From contig OZ245049.1 in NCBI GenBank assembly GCA_965224465.1, positions 60,001-92,000 of the forward strand: a stretch of DNA of 32,000 nucleotides, in the 5' to 3' direction. A program made the translations under genes and the position numbers. Numbering within the stretch: the first letter of the stretch is position 1; every line of letters starts with the position of its first letter. The stretch is from Flavobacteriaceae bacterium. GTDB lineage: Bacteria; Bacteroidota; Bacteroidia; Flavobacteriales; Flavobacteriaceae. The notes under the pieces are model-generated. The model had not been told where the DNA came from and did no database searches. It was given only the letters and a program-made list of their open reading frames with translations. This document shows positions 1-7,646 of the stretch, piece by piece.

Positions 1-213
1 TCTTTGCTGGCAGTCATGAGTCCGCACAAAACATAGCTCTATTTTATAGCTTTTTTGCTACTTGCAAAAAGAATAACGTAAACCCACATACGTGGCTATG
101 TGATGTCCTTAATAGATTACCAGAACATAAGGCTAATAAACTTTCGGAGTTACTGCCTCAAAATTGGAAGCCTGTTGATAAATAATCAAGGGTGTACTTT
201 ACCGTACGCTTAC
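1..213 (+). mobile_element. Right-hand end of an IS66-family insertion sequence (the rest lies upstream of the window)
   Basis: The transposase C-terminus (3-185) is followed 28 nt later by ...ccgtacgcttac, ending at 213. Its reverse complement GTAAGCGTACGG starts with GTAAGCG, the typical outer end of IS66-family terminal inverted repeats (recalled family knowledge). The left end is outside the window, so neither the TIR pair nor a target duplication can be verified. Confidence 0.55.
3..185 (+). CDS. IS66-family transposase, C-terminal 60 aa (5' partial at window edge)
   Basis: Frame 3 is open from the window edge to TAA at 183-185. The translation is FAGSHESAQNIALFYSFFATCKKNNVNPHTWLCDVLNRLPEHKANKLSELLPQNWKPVDK. 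It fits the conserved IS66 transposase C-terminus pattern (FAGS...YS...TCK.N.VNP..WL.DVL.R...LLP.NW) as I recall it. Confidence 0.65.
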   Translation, partial: FAGSHESAQNIALFYSFFATCKKNNVNPHTWLCDVLNRLPEHKANKLSELLPQNWKPVDK

Positions 214-394
214 TTTTAATAGCCAACAACAACCAATAATTAGTAATGATACACTAGCCACTTTAACGCTGTTTATTGCTTCAAGTAAACCAGATGAAAT
301 GGAAACAGTAAAACGATTAGTAATTAGCGTACTCAATAGAAATAAATAAATAAAATGACAGATGCAACTATAATATCAAAAATATGGAACCTTG

Positions 395-730
395 TACCCG
401 CTGCGCAAAGTCTCCCGACTTAGCGCCACCATATTGCTCACATTATCAAAGAAAAAATATAAGAAGATTACATCGTAAGAGATCAAGAAAAGATACATTT
501 TATTACAGCTACTGTTAAAGATGTAATTATAGAAAGCTTAGAGTTTTGTATTCAAGTGCAACAAATTATATAAACAATGAAGGGTTACTTCCAGTGACAC
601 TTGTGGGCAATCCAGTAATTGATTATTAAAAACATCAACGATTAAGAAATTGAATCAAGAATAAAAATGAATGTAGGAAATTAACACATAAAAACAAAGC
701 TCAAAGTCGGGAGACTTTGCGCAGCGGGTA
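395..730 (+). mobile_element. Copy 1 of a ~340-bp hairpin-ended non-autonomous element with a decayed Y1 (RayT/IS200-like) transposase stub
   Basis: A perfect 27-bp terminal inverted repeat: tacccgctgcgcaaagtctcccgactt (395-421) versus aagtcgggagactttgcgcagcgggta (704-730). Each end also folds on itself (403-426 GCGCAAAGTC-tccc-GACTTAGCGC; 699-722). The interior reads EKIHFITATV/KDVIIESLEFCIQ followed by stop codons. Confidence 0.7.
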
Positions 731-734
731 GTTC

Positions 735-792
735 GCCAAATGTATTACTTTTATGTTTGAAAAAAAATAAACATAAAAGTAATACATTTGGC
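735..792. repeat. Perfect 24-bp-arm inverted repeat (hairpin) with a 10-nt loop
   Basis: gccaaatgtattacttttatgttt (735-758), loop gaaaaaaaat (759-768), aaacataaaagtaatacatttggc (769-792). The arms are exact reverse complements. It lies 4 nt after the right end of element copy 1 and 80 nt upstream of the lipoprotein ORF. Confidence 0.85.
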
Positions 793-872
793 TAATTGAT
801 AAATGAAAATCAGTACTTTTAACTTGCCCTACGATTTTTTATACTGGGCGTTGTATATAACTAAAAAAGACT

Positions 873-1499
873 ATGAAAATAAAAATACTTGGAATTACAT
901 TGGGTTTAATTGCCTTACTTAGTTGTAGTGAAAAAGCTGAAAATAAAGTAGAATTGCAAGAAGTTCAGAATGAAACACCTCAAGTACTTGACCAAAATAC
1001 TGATTACAAATTAAGCTCTATTTCCAAAAGATACAGTTCTGATATTATTTCAAAATTATATAATGAAGCTCTTGAGAAAAGTTCAAAACTCAATCAACTT
1101 AATGATGAAATAAATGGCGTTTTAGAAACTAAAAATGATAGCCTTTTAAATTACTCGAAATTTTCACAAACAAATACTAATTATTGGACAACAGCAAATA
1201 GTTATGTAAATCAGATACAAGATTCTGTTCTTAAAGAATCAACTCTTGAAGTTATCAAGGTTCTCGAATCAACATACAAGAATAAAATGTCTATTTACGA
1301 GCAGAAACTAATAGAAATTGACAAAAAGACAATCTCATTAAATGACCAATTGATATTAATGAAATTAGTTGTTACTGAGCCAATGATGAAAAATTATCAG
1401 CGAAATGAAAAACCTAACATTAAATCTTTAGAAATGATTATTAGTGAATATGACAGACTTATAAAAGAAACTGAAGAATACACTAATTTTGAAAAATAG
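873..1499 (+). CDS. Hypothetical lipoprotein (208 aa)
   Basis: ATG start. The N-terminus MKIKILGITLGLIALLSCSE is a signal peptide with a lipobox-like LLSC. The rest is a K/E/N-rich helical sequence with no recognisable enzymatic motif. It is flanked by element copies 1 and 2 in direct orientation. Confidence 0.55.
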   Translation: MKIKILGITLGLIALLSCSEKAENKVELQEVQNETPQVLDQNTDYKLSSISKRYSSDIISKLYNEALEKSSKLNQLNDEINGVLETKNDSLLNYSKFSQTNTNYWTTANSYVNQIQDSVLKESTLEVIKVLESTYKNKMSIYEQKLIEIDKKTISLNDQLILMKLVVTEPMMKNYQRNEKPNIKSLEMIISEYDRLIKETEEYTNFEK

Positions 1500-1521
1500 C
1501 AACGTACAAACAACTAAGTTT

Positions 1522-1863
1522 CGCTGCGCAAAGTCTCCTGACTTAGCGCCACCATATTGCTCACATTAGCAAAGGAAAAAGAATTAAAAAATAAAAGAAG
1601 GTTACATCATAAGAGATCAAGAAAAGATACATTTTATTACAGCTACTGTTAAAGATGTAATTATAGAAGCTTAGAGTTTTGTATTCAAGTGCAACAAATT
1701 ATATAAACAATGAAGGATTACTTCGAGTGACACTTGTGGACAATCCAGTAATTGAAGTATTAAGAAAAGCATCGATTAAGAAATTAAATCAAGAATAAAA
1801 ATGAATGTAGGAAATTAACATATAAAAACAAAGCTCAAAGTCGGGAGACTTTGCGCAGCGGGG
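1522..1863 (+). mobile_element. Copy 2 of the hairpin-ended Y1-stub element
   Basis: Colinear with 395-730 over its whole length. The left end is cgctgcgcaaagtctcctgactt (one substitution) and the right end is aagtcgggagactttgcgcagcggg. There are a few indels and substitutions in the interior. Confidence 0.7.
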
Positions 1864-1923
1864 AAAGAGGCCGAAAAAATTAAGAAAGTTTCACAAAAAA
1901 AAGAAGAAAGTAAAATGAGGCTG

Positions 1924-3040
1924 AATTCAAGTCACAAACGCAACTTTTAGTTAAATAATAATTGTTCCATTACAAATATAGGGTTTTGATATTTATGTCT
2001 CTTCCTAGGTCTGTTATTTAATTTTGTTTCTACCTCTTTGATTCTTTGATCTGTTAGGTTTGTAAAGTCACTTCCTTTGGCAAAATATTGTCTAATCAAA
2101 CCATTTAAATTTTCGTTAGATCCTCTTTCCCAAGAGTGATATGGATGCGCAAAAAAGTAATCAATACATAAATTTTCTGCAACCTGCTCATGGCCTGCAA
2201 ATTCTTTTCCATTATCAGCTGTTATAGTATGTAGATAAGGCTTCCAGTCTTCTAATATTTCATTGATAGCTTTAGTGACAACAACTGCTTCTTTAGAGCT
2301 TACTTTTTTCATTTTAAGCATTCCAGAAGCTCTATCATTTACGGTAAGTATGGCTTGATTATGGTTTTTACCTATGATTAAATCGACCTCTAAATCTCCA
2401 AATCGATTTCTTTGTTCAACAACTTCAGGGCGTTGTTCTATACTAATACGATTCTTTATAACCCCTCTAGAATCCTTTGATGAGCCACGTTTTCTATATC
2501 TCCTTCCCTGTCTGCGAAGGTGTGTATGTAAATCACCATCATTCCTCTTGTCTTCCCTAATATGCTGATATATACGCTCAATAGACACCGTTTCTTTACC
2601 TTGTTTTTTTAGGACACCAACTACTTGCTCAGGACTATAATCGTCTCGCAATAACAACTCTATTGCTTGTTGAATATCTTCTGTAAAGCGTTTTCTTTTA
2701 GGCTTTTCTTTATGACGTTTAGCATACTTTTTTTGGGCTAATTCATGCTTGTAAACTCCATTTCTTTTGTCTGAATTACGCTTAATCTCTTTGCTAATAA
2801 CAGACTTGTCTTTTCCTATAGCAGCTGCTATCTCAACCTGTTTATAACCTTGTTTTAACATGCAACAAATTGTGTATCTTTGCGCTTGGGTGATGTGTTT
2901 CATACAACTTCTTTTTTCGAGATTTGAGACCGTAAGATACATATCCATCAAGACAAGAAAGGTAGGTTTTCCTACTTTTCTGTTTTGAAAATATAACCAT
3001 CATAGAATCAAATCGAAAAGTTGCGTTTATTAGTTGAATT
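1924..3040 (-). mobile_element. IS30-family insertion sequence (complete copy)
   Basis: 25-bp imperfect terminal inverted repeats: aattcaagtcacaaacgcaactttt (1924-1948) versus aaaagttgcgtttattagttgaatt (3016-3040), with 22 of 25 positions complementary. They enclose a single transposase ORF. The exact outer ends are uncertain by a few bp, and no clear target-site duplication was seen. Confidence 0.75.
1947..2903 (-). CDS. IS30-family DDE transposase (318 aa from the ATG at 2903)
   Basis: MKHITQAQRYTICCMLKQGYKQVEIAAAIGKDKSVISKEIKRN is the typical IS30 N-terminal HTH. The DDE region reads DLEVDLIIG ... ITADNGKEF ... SWERGSNENLNGLIRQY. The ORF-track start at 2951 adds 16 poorly supported residues, so I prefer the ATG at 2903. 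Confidence 0.85.
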   Translation of the reverse strand: MKHITQAQRYTICCMLKQGYKQVEIAAAIGKDKSVISKEIKRNSDKRNGVYKHELAQKKYAKRHKEKPKRKRFTEDIQQAIELLLRDDYSPEQVVGVLKKQGKETVSIERIYQHIREDKRNDGDLHTHLRRQGRRYRKRGSSKDSRGVIKNRISIEQRPEVVEQRNRFGDLEVDLIIGKNHNQAILTVNDRASGMLKMKKVSSKEAVVVTKAINEILEDWKPYLHTITADNGKEFAGHEQVAENLCIDYFFAHPYHSWERGSNENLNGLIRQYFAKGSDFTNLTDQRIKEVETKLNNRPRKRHKYQNPIFVMEQLLFN

Positions 3041-4077
3041 TAAGTAACGATATATCTTTGTATAAAAAGGAAACTAAATTATTATTTAAAAAGATTCAAC
3101 AAGAGAGAAAATTTGCAGAGTTTATTGATGAATTAATAAATAGTTATGGTGACTTAATGGATCATATTGATTCCTTTTTATTAAAAGAACAAAGTGAATT
3201 AATCTTACAAATTAAAGGAAGAATCTTAGGATATTATAATGAAATAAACAAAGGAGACTCAAATGATGAAATAATCAGTGAAATAGAATTTAATCAGCAG
3301 AAAGATAAGACTTATTCAATTGATTTAGAGAGAAGTGATGGTTTTAAAAATGCAGGTGTAATTTTAAGTGAAGGGCATTTAAGATCGTTAGGATTATCTA
3401 TTATTTTATCCATAGCTGAATCATCTAATGTTCCATTTATAATTTTTGATGATGTTGTAAATGCTATTGATTCTGAGCATAGAGCAAATATTATAGACAT
3501 GATGTTTGACAATAAATTTTTAAAGAAAATTCAAATAATTGTTACAACTCACGATAGATTATTCTGGGAGAGATTTTGTAATATATATTCTAGTAAAATA
3601 AATAGAAAAGAACTATCTTCAATTAGCTCTTGTTTTAAATATCAAAATCAAGGAATTATCTATGTACCTTATCAAATTTCTTTTGAAGAAAAGATTAAAG
3701 AAGCATTATGTTATTCGGATATTAGACAGGCTTTAGTTTATTTAAGAATATGGTTTGAGACAATATGTTTCAATTACTGTAAAATGGCAAAAAAAACCAT
3801 TACTGGTCAATTTTCGCAAGATAATACAGGTAATTCATCACAATTAATGGTTTCGTTGACTAAAGTTTACAATAACATTATAACTCCCTCTTTTTCGTCA
3901 AGTGATAATTTAAAAGTAATTAAAGACAAATTAAATTGGAAATTTTTAAATCAAGAACATCACTCGTTTGATGAAAACATATTTAATGTAACTCATTCAA
4001 CAACGAGTAGTGAAATTGAAGATATTTTTATAGCAATTAAAAATTTTGAACAAGAAGTATTACAATCAAATAAATAA
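3041..4077 (+). pseudogene. 5'-truncated ABC/SMC-type (AAA_13/PrrC-RloC-like) ATPase gene, cut by the IS30 insertion
   Basis: The ORF-track ORF 3034-4077 starts at a TTG inside the IS30 right IR. The product has a signature-like LSEGHLRSLGLS, a Walker B PFIIFDDV, a D-loop AIDSEH and an H-loop VTTHD. It has no Walker A anywhere. A coiled-coil-like stretch precedes the signature, and about 170 aa of unassigned C-terminal sequence follow. Confidence 0.65.
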
Positions 4078-4292
4078 CGAACGCCAATAACACTCGTACA
4101 CCTCTAAAAACGCCGAAAAAACATTCTAAACAAGCTAGTAAACACCTGAAAGCTACTAAATACGCATAAGTACTCCCCGTAAAAACAACGATACTATCTA
4201 ATGTTAAAACGCCACGTTTACCATAAGAACAAGTACTCTTGTTGAGATTCTGAAAAACAGAGGTTATTGGTTGAAAATTTTTAAAAAAGTAA

Positions 4293-4342
4293 TTAAAAGG
4301 TTAGTGTGCGAAAAGGATATCTTTTGTATATTTGAAGGACGC
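4293..4342 (+). promoter_or_regulatory. Candidate Bacteroidetes-type promoter/operator (P1) upstream of ORF 4509-5183
   Basis: Contains TATATTTG (4327-4334), which fits the Bacteroidetes -7 consensus TAnnTTTG. The 50-nt block matches 6679-6727 at 39 of 50 aligned positions. A hairpin, cgctgtat-gttgt-atatagcg, lies just downstream (~4340-4362). Confidence 0.4.
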
Positions 4343-4508
4343 TGTATGTTGTATATAGCGGATTTATAAATAAATGCACCACTATTGTAGCTATTACGTA
4401 AATAACGTCAAGTTTAGGGTTGCTGTTGTGGATGTAGAGGTAGTTATCTGTAGTTTGAGTCAGCTTTTAGCCTAAATAAAAATGTGATACTTAAATAAAT
4501 CTCTTAGA

Positions 4509-5183
4509 ATGAAAAAAGTAACAGTAAAAAATCTAATTCAATTTCGAGGAAAAAATGAACGAACCAAAATTACGTTTGTTCATAATCTTAAGAAAGAAAA
4601 AAAGAAGTCTGAAGATAGTTCTGGAGGTGATTATTGGATAAGTTGTTTAAGTGCAATTAGAAATTCGTTTAGACTTAATGATGAAAGTTTATTGGATGAG
4701 AAAATAGATTTATTAAGAGATAAAATTGACGTAACAGAAATAAAAAGGATAAAAGACCAATTTCAAAGAAACATTGAGATTGTGGATAGCTTTAAAGAAT
4801 ATGATTTAAAACAACTAAAACCTAATACTGACTTAACTTTTTTAAAGCAAGCTAAAGCCGTGTCTTTATTGAATATTAATGGACTTCCTATAGAAGCTAA
4901 ACCTTGTCACATTTACACCTTTTCCGAAAACAGTAGTGAGGAAATTGGAGGGATTTGGTTTGTCGCAAAATTAAAAGGATTTAAGAAAAGTGAGTTGGGA
5001 ATGTTTACTGATGTACTTTATCGATATTTGGATAAAAATTACTCAAAAGACTTTTACGTTAACCCAGATTATTGTGTTGCTGTTGACCTTTTCAATGCTC
5101 AGGAAGTAAATTATTCAGATATTAAGAATGGAATAGTTCCAATCTTAATTGATAGTACAATAGAAGAACTAAATAAAATATAA
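4509..5183 (+). CDS. Hypothetical protein (224 aa), neighbour of the truncated ATPase
   Basis: ATG start and a clean ORF. There is no motif I can assign (MKKVTVKNLIQFRGKNERTKITFVHNL...GGDYWISCLSAIRNSF...). It is on the same strand as the ATPase remnant, 431 nt downstream of it. Confidence 0.5.
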   Translation: MKKVTVKNLIQFRGKNERTKITFVHNLKKEKKKSEDSSGGDYWISCLSAIRNSFRLNDESLLDEKIDLLRDKIDVTEIKRIKDQFQRNIEIVDSFKEYDLKQLKPNTDLTFLKQAKAVSLLNINGLPIEAKPCHIYTFSENSSEEIGGIWFVAKLKGFKKSELGMFTDVLYRYLDKNYSKDFYVNPDYCVAVDLFNAQEVNYSDIKNGIVPILIDSTIEELNKI

Positions 5184-5242
5184 AATCATGTTAGAATACA
5201 GTATTTCAGGAGTGTGGAAATATAATAATAATGTGATAATCC

Positions 5243-5384
5243 GCTCTCGTACGATTGTATAGTGTGATCGTAGCAATTTTAAGAATACTTAATATGAACT
5301 ATTTTTGCATATTACAATAATACATGAAAAATAAATAATTGTACGGCTTACTCGTTGACGCTACACGATAAAATCGTGCGGGAG
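5243..5384. mobile_element. Short (142-bp) MITE-like element with ~45-bp imperfect inverted ends containing a CACGAT-NNN-ATCGTG hairpin core
   Basis: The left end is gctctcgtacgattgtatagtgtgatcgtagc (from 5243). The right end is 5341-5384, whose reverse complement reads ctcccgcacgattttatcgtgtagcgtcaacgagtaagccgtac. The same end types recur at 5752 and 6546-6588. The right sub-terminal interior (ataatacatga.aaa.taaataa.tg.a.ggc) also matches the long copy. Confidence 0.5.
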
Positions 5385-5417
5385 TGGGGTTGCCACACAT
5401 AAAAAAAACAGAAACCA

Positions 5418-5687
5418 ATGGGAACATTAGAAAACAAACTTAAAACAGTTTCTGAAAAATACAGAAAGGAATATGCTTCAGTTTGCGAACCAATAAATGG
5501 TTTGGAATCTAGACGTGATAACGCTTTGAAATTTGACCCAATTAATGAAAAATTTAGGGACCAAATAATTGATGAGTTAAATAAATATTTAGAAAACAAT
5601 ATCGATTCTGACAAAGAGTCAGCCATTAAAATAGGACAAAAATATATCAAGGGTTTTGAGAAATATCTTATTGATCCTTTTTGTTAA
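5418..5687 (+). CDS. Small hypothetical protein (89 aa)
   Basis: ATG-initiated ORF lying between the two MITE-like elements. It is a helical K/E-rich sequence with no recognisable domain. The overlapping minus-strand ORF 5348-5650 looks less protein-like. Confidence 0.35.
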   Translation: MGTLENKLKTVSEKYRKEYASVCEPINGLESRRDNALKFDPINEKFRDQIIDELNKYLENNIDSDKESAIKIGQKYIKGFEKYLIDPFC

Positions 5688-5831
5688 TTGGTTGAATAAT
5701 GATTTCAAATCCTTCTTTATTCAATTCTTTTTCAATTTGAAACAATTTTCAGCTCTCGCACGATTGTATCGTGTGACCGCAGTAATTTAAGACTATTTTT
5801 TTAAAAAAAAAGACAATAAAAGTGTAATAAA

Positions 5832-6290
5832 ATGAATATTGAAAATACTTTAAAAAACTTATATAAGAGGTTAAAAGATTGTAATAATAAACATAAATCA
5901 GGAATTTTGTTTTTAGTGATTCAGTTGAAAACAGAAAATGAAGATTTAAAAAACCTTAAACAAACTAAATATAAGGATATTAAGTTATTTATAAAATATT
6001 ATATTAAATCTAGTGATAAAAGGGGGTTTGGGTATGATATTGTTAATGTAAGTAAGATCGTAAAGGCAATATCATATAATTCAAATATAAAAGAGAGATG
6101 TGAGCTGACTGTTTTTGCTATTAGTGTCTCGCTGCGCAAAGTCTCCCGACTTAGCGCCATCATATTGCTCATATTAGCAAAGAAAAATGAATTAAAAATA
6201 AAAGAAGGTTACATCATAAGAGATCAAGAAAAGATACATTTAATTACAGCTACTGTAGTGGATTGGGTAGATGTGTTTACAAGGAAATAG
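5832..6290 (+). CDS. Chimeric ORF: ~98 aa of unknown sequence fused in frame to the Y1-transposase stub of element copy 3 (probably not a functional gene)
   Basis: From about residue 100 the translation (VSLRKVSRLSAI...KEGYIIRDQEKIHLITATVVDWVDVFTRK*) is encoded by the inserted element, whose left end is at 6130. Confidence 0.3.
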   Translation: MNIENTLKNLYKRLKDCNNKHKSGILFLVIQLKTENEDLKNLKQTKYKDIKLFIKYYIKSSDKRGFGYDIVNVSKIVKAISYNSNIKERCELTVFAISVSLRKVSRLSAIILLILAKKNELKIKEGYIIRDQEKIHLITATVVDWVDVFTRK

Positions 6291-6505
6291 TACAAAGATG
6301 TAATTATAGAAAGCTTAGAGTTTTGTATTCAAGTGCAACAAATTATATAAGCAATGTAGGGTTACTTCCAGTGTCACTTGTGGACAATCCAGTAATTGAT
6401 TATTAAAAAAATCAACGATTAAGAAATTGAATCAAGAATAAAAATGAATGTAGGAAATTAACACATAAAAACAAAGCTCAAAGTCGGGAGACTTTGAGCA
6501 GCTGG
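6130..6505 (+). mobile_element. Copy 3 of the hairpin-ended Y1-stub element (least deleted copy)
   Basis: Colinear with copies 1 and 2 but retains a net 36 extra nt, so it encodes GYIIRDQEKIHLITATVVDWVDVFTRK. This matches the conserved N-terminus of Bacteroidetes RayT/IS200-like Y1 transposases (..Y.FRDQ...YF.TFTVV.WIDVFTR..YKD....SL..C) as I recall it. The right end is degenerate (ttgagcagctgg). Confidence 0.7.
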
Positions 6506-6678
6506 ACTCTATTTACATGAATAATACATGATAAACTAAATAACTGCATGGCTTACTCGTGGACGCTACACGATACAATAGAATGCAGTAGCGATGGTGG
6601 TTATTCATGCTGTATCAGAGGTTTTACTAAGTTTATGAATAACAAGAGTTAATAGCTAAAAATTTCCGAGTTGAATTG

Positions 6679-6727
6679 TTAAAAAGATAGTATGCGGGAA
6701 GAAATATTTTGTATCTTTGAAAGATGC
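6679..6727 (+). promoter_or_regulatory. Candidate promoter/operator (P2) of the channel-nuclease operon
   Basis: TATCTTTG (6712-6719) fits the -7 box TAnnTTTG. The block is 39 of 50 identical to P1 at 4293-4342. A perfect 15-bp direct repeat, aaattaaattgatta, occurs at 6736-6750 and 6781-6795, between the box and the ATG at 6843. Confidence 0.4.
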
Positions 6728-6842
6728 AATGGAGAAAATTAAATTGATTATAATAAGTTTTTATGTTCCATAAAATAATGAAATTAAATTGATTAAATGC
6801 ATTTATTAATTCCTGACATTTTGTAATCCCCAATGACTAAGA

Positions 6843-7646
6843 ATGATCAAAAAACTCTTTTTAAACGATAAATTCATACTAGTATTAATTTTACTAAATG
6901 CAATAATAATATTTTTTACGGGCTTTGATTTAACTATTAATAATAAGTTTCTTTTTTCACTTACAGATCATTTGATAACATGCTTATTTATTGTTGAATT
7001 AATAGTTAAGTTTAACGAGTTTGGAATTAAAAATTATTTCAAATCTAATTGGAGAAGGTTCGATTTTATTCTAATTTCCTTATCAGTACCAACATTGATT
7101 GCGTTTGTTGGAGATGTAGAACTCACTAGTTTTAGTTACTTTCTAGTATTTAGGATTTTGCGTGTGTTTAAATCATTTCGATTTTTAAAATTCATACCTG
7201 GAATTAATCATTTAGTAAGAGGTGTTAGTAGAGCATTAAAAGCATCAGTTGTTGTATTAATAGGCTTTTTTATTTATATATTTATAATTGGATTATTTTC
7301 GTTCTCCTTATTTAAAGAAGTTTCACCTGAATTTTTTGGAAATCCGTTAATGGCACTTTATTCTATATTTAAAATTTTCACTATTGAAGGTTGGTACGAA
7401 ATTCCAGAACTAATAACTGAAGGTCTATCACCTATAGCGTCGTTCTTTACGTATTTATATTTTATTTTCGTGGTGATGTCAGGAGGGATATTTGGTTTGT
7501 CACTTGTAAATTCAATTTTTGTAGATGCTATGGTAAGTGACAATAATGACGAACTTGAAAAGAAAATAGAAATATTAAATAGTAAGATTGATACATTATT
7601 AGCAAAAAAATATATATATAATGAAATTAGAAAAAATATTAGATAA
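6843..7646 (+). CDS. BacNav-type voltage-gated cation channel subunit (Ion_trans family, 6TM, 267 aa)
   Basis: Six hydrophobic segments. S4 has positive charges at every third residue (FRILRVFKSFRFLKF). The pore loop FTIEGWYE resembles the NaChBac/NavAb filter TLESW. S6 is FFTYLYFIFVVMSGGIFGLSLVNSIFVDAM. The C-terminal coiled-coil-like tail is DELEKKIEILNSKIDTLLAKK. Confidence 0.8.
   Translation: MIKKLFLNDKFILVLILLNAIIIFFTGFDLTINNKFLFSLTDHLITCLFIVELIVKFNEFGIKNYFKSNWRRFDFILISLSVPTLIAFVGDVELTSFSYFLVFRILRVFKSFRFLKFIPGINHLVRGVSRALKASVVVLIGFFIYIFIIGLFSFSLFKEVSPEFFGNPLMALYSIFKIFTIEGWYEIPELITEGLSPIASFFTYLYFIFVVMSGGIFGLSLVNSIFVDAMVSDNNDELEKKIEILNSKIDTLLAKKYIYNEIRKNIR

Larger units (their letters stand above)
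5752..6588. mobile_element. Long (837-bp) copy of the MITE-like element, carrying an ORF stub and a nested insertion of Y1-stub element copy 3
   Basis: The left end gctctcgcacgattgtatcgtgtgaccgcagtaatttaagact (5752-) contains a perfect CACGAT-tgt-ATCGTG (5759-5773). The right end, 6546-6588, is a degenerate inverted copy. The interior is interrupted at 6130-6505 by element copy 3. Confidence 0.45.

Noticed and set aside
214-394. Open frame NSQQQPIISNDTLATLTLFIASSKPDEMETVKRLVISVLNRNK* between the IS66 end and element copy 1, possibly the 3' remnant of a disrupted gene
   Set aside because: It has no start codon context and no recognisable motif, and it is only about 55 codons long. This is insufficient to call a pseudogene.
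1864-1923. Open frame GKEAEKIKKVSQKKEESKMRL between element copy 2 and the IS30 left end, as a possible upstream continuation of the truncated ATPase
   Set aside because: Joining it across the IS30 boundaries I inferred does not restore the ATPase frame (a TAA follows immediately), and no target duplication defines the junction. At 60 nt it is too short to assign.
4078-4508. Strand-composition oddity in the 431-nt intergenic region: an A/C-rich, G-poor stretch (~4080-4250) followed by a G/T-rich stretch (~4390-4470), raising the idea of a long-range stem or ncRNA
   Set aside because: Only 6-7-nt complementary matches were found by eye (for example cctcta/tagagg). There is no convincing helix or known RNA motif. 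It is left uncalled, apart from the promoter-like block at 4293-4342.
5243-6588. Interpretation of the four CACGAT-hairpin sites as integron attC sites or Xer (dif-module) sites
   Set aside because: I see no R'/R'' core sites (GTTRRRY/RYYYAAC) and no integrase gene. The 6-bp stem with a 3-nt loop does not fit the 11-6-11 Xer site layout. The alternating orientation is more simply explained as left and right ends of two MITE-like elements. It is kept only as an alternative to test.
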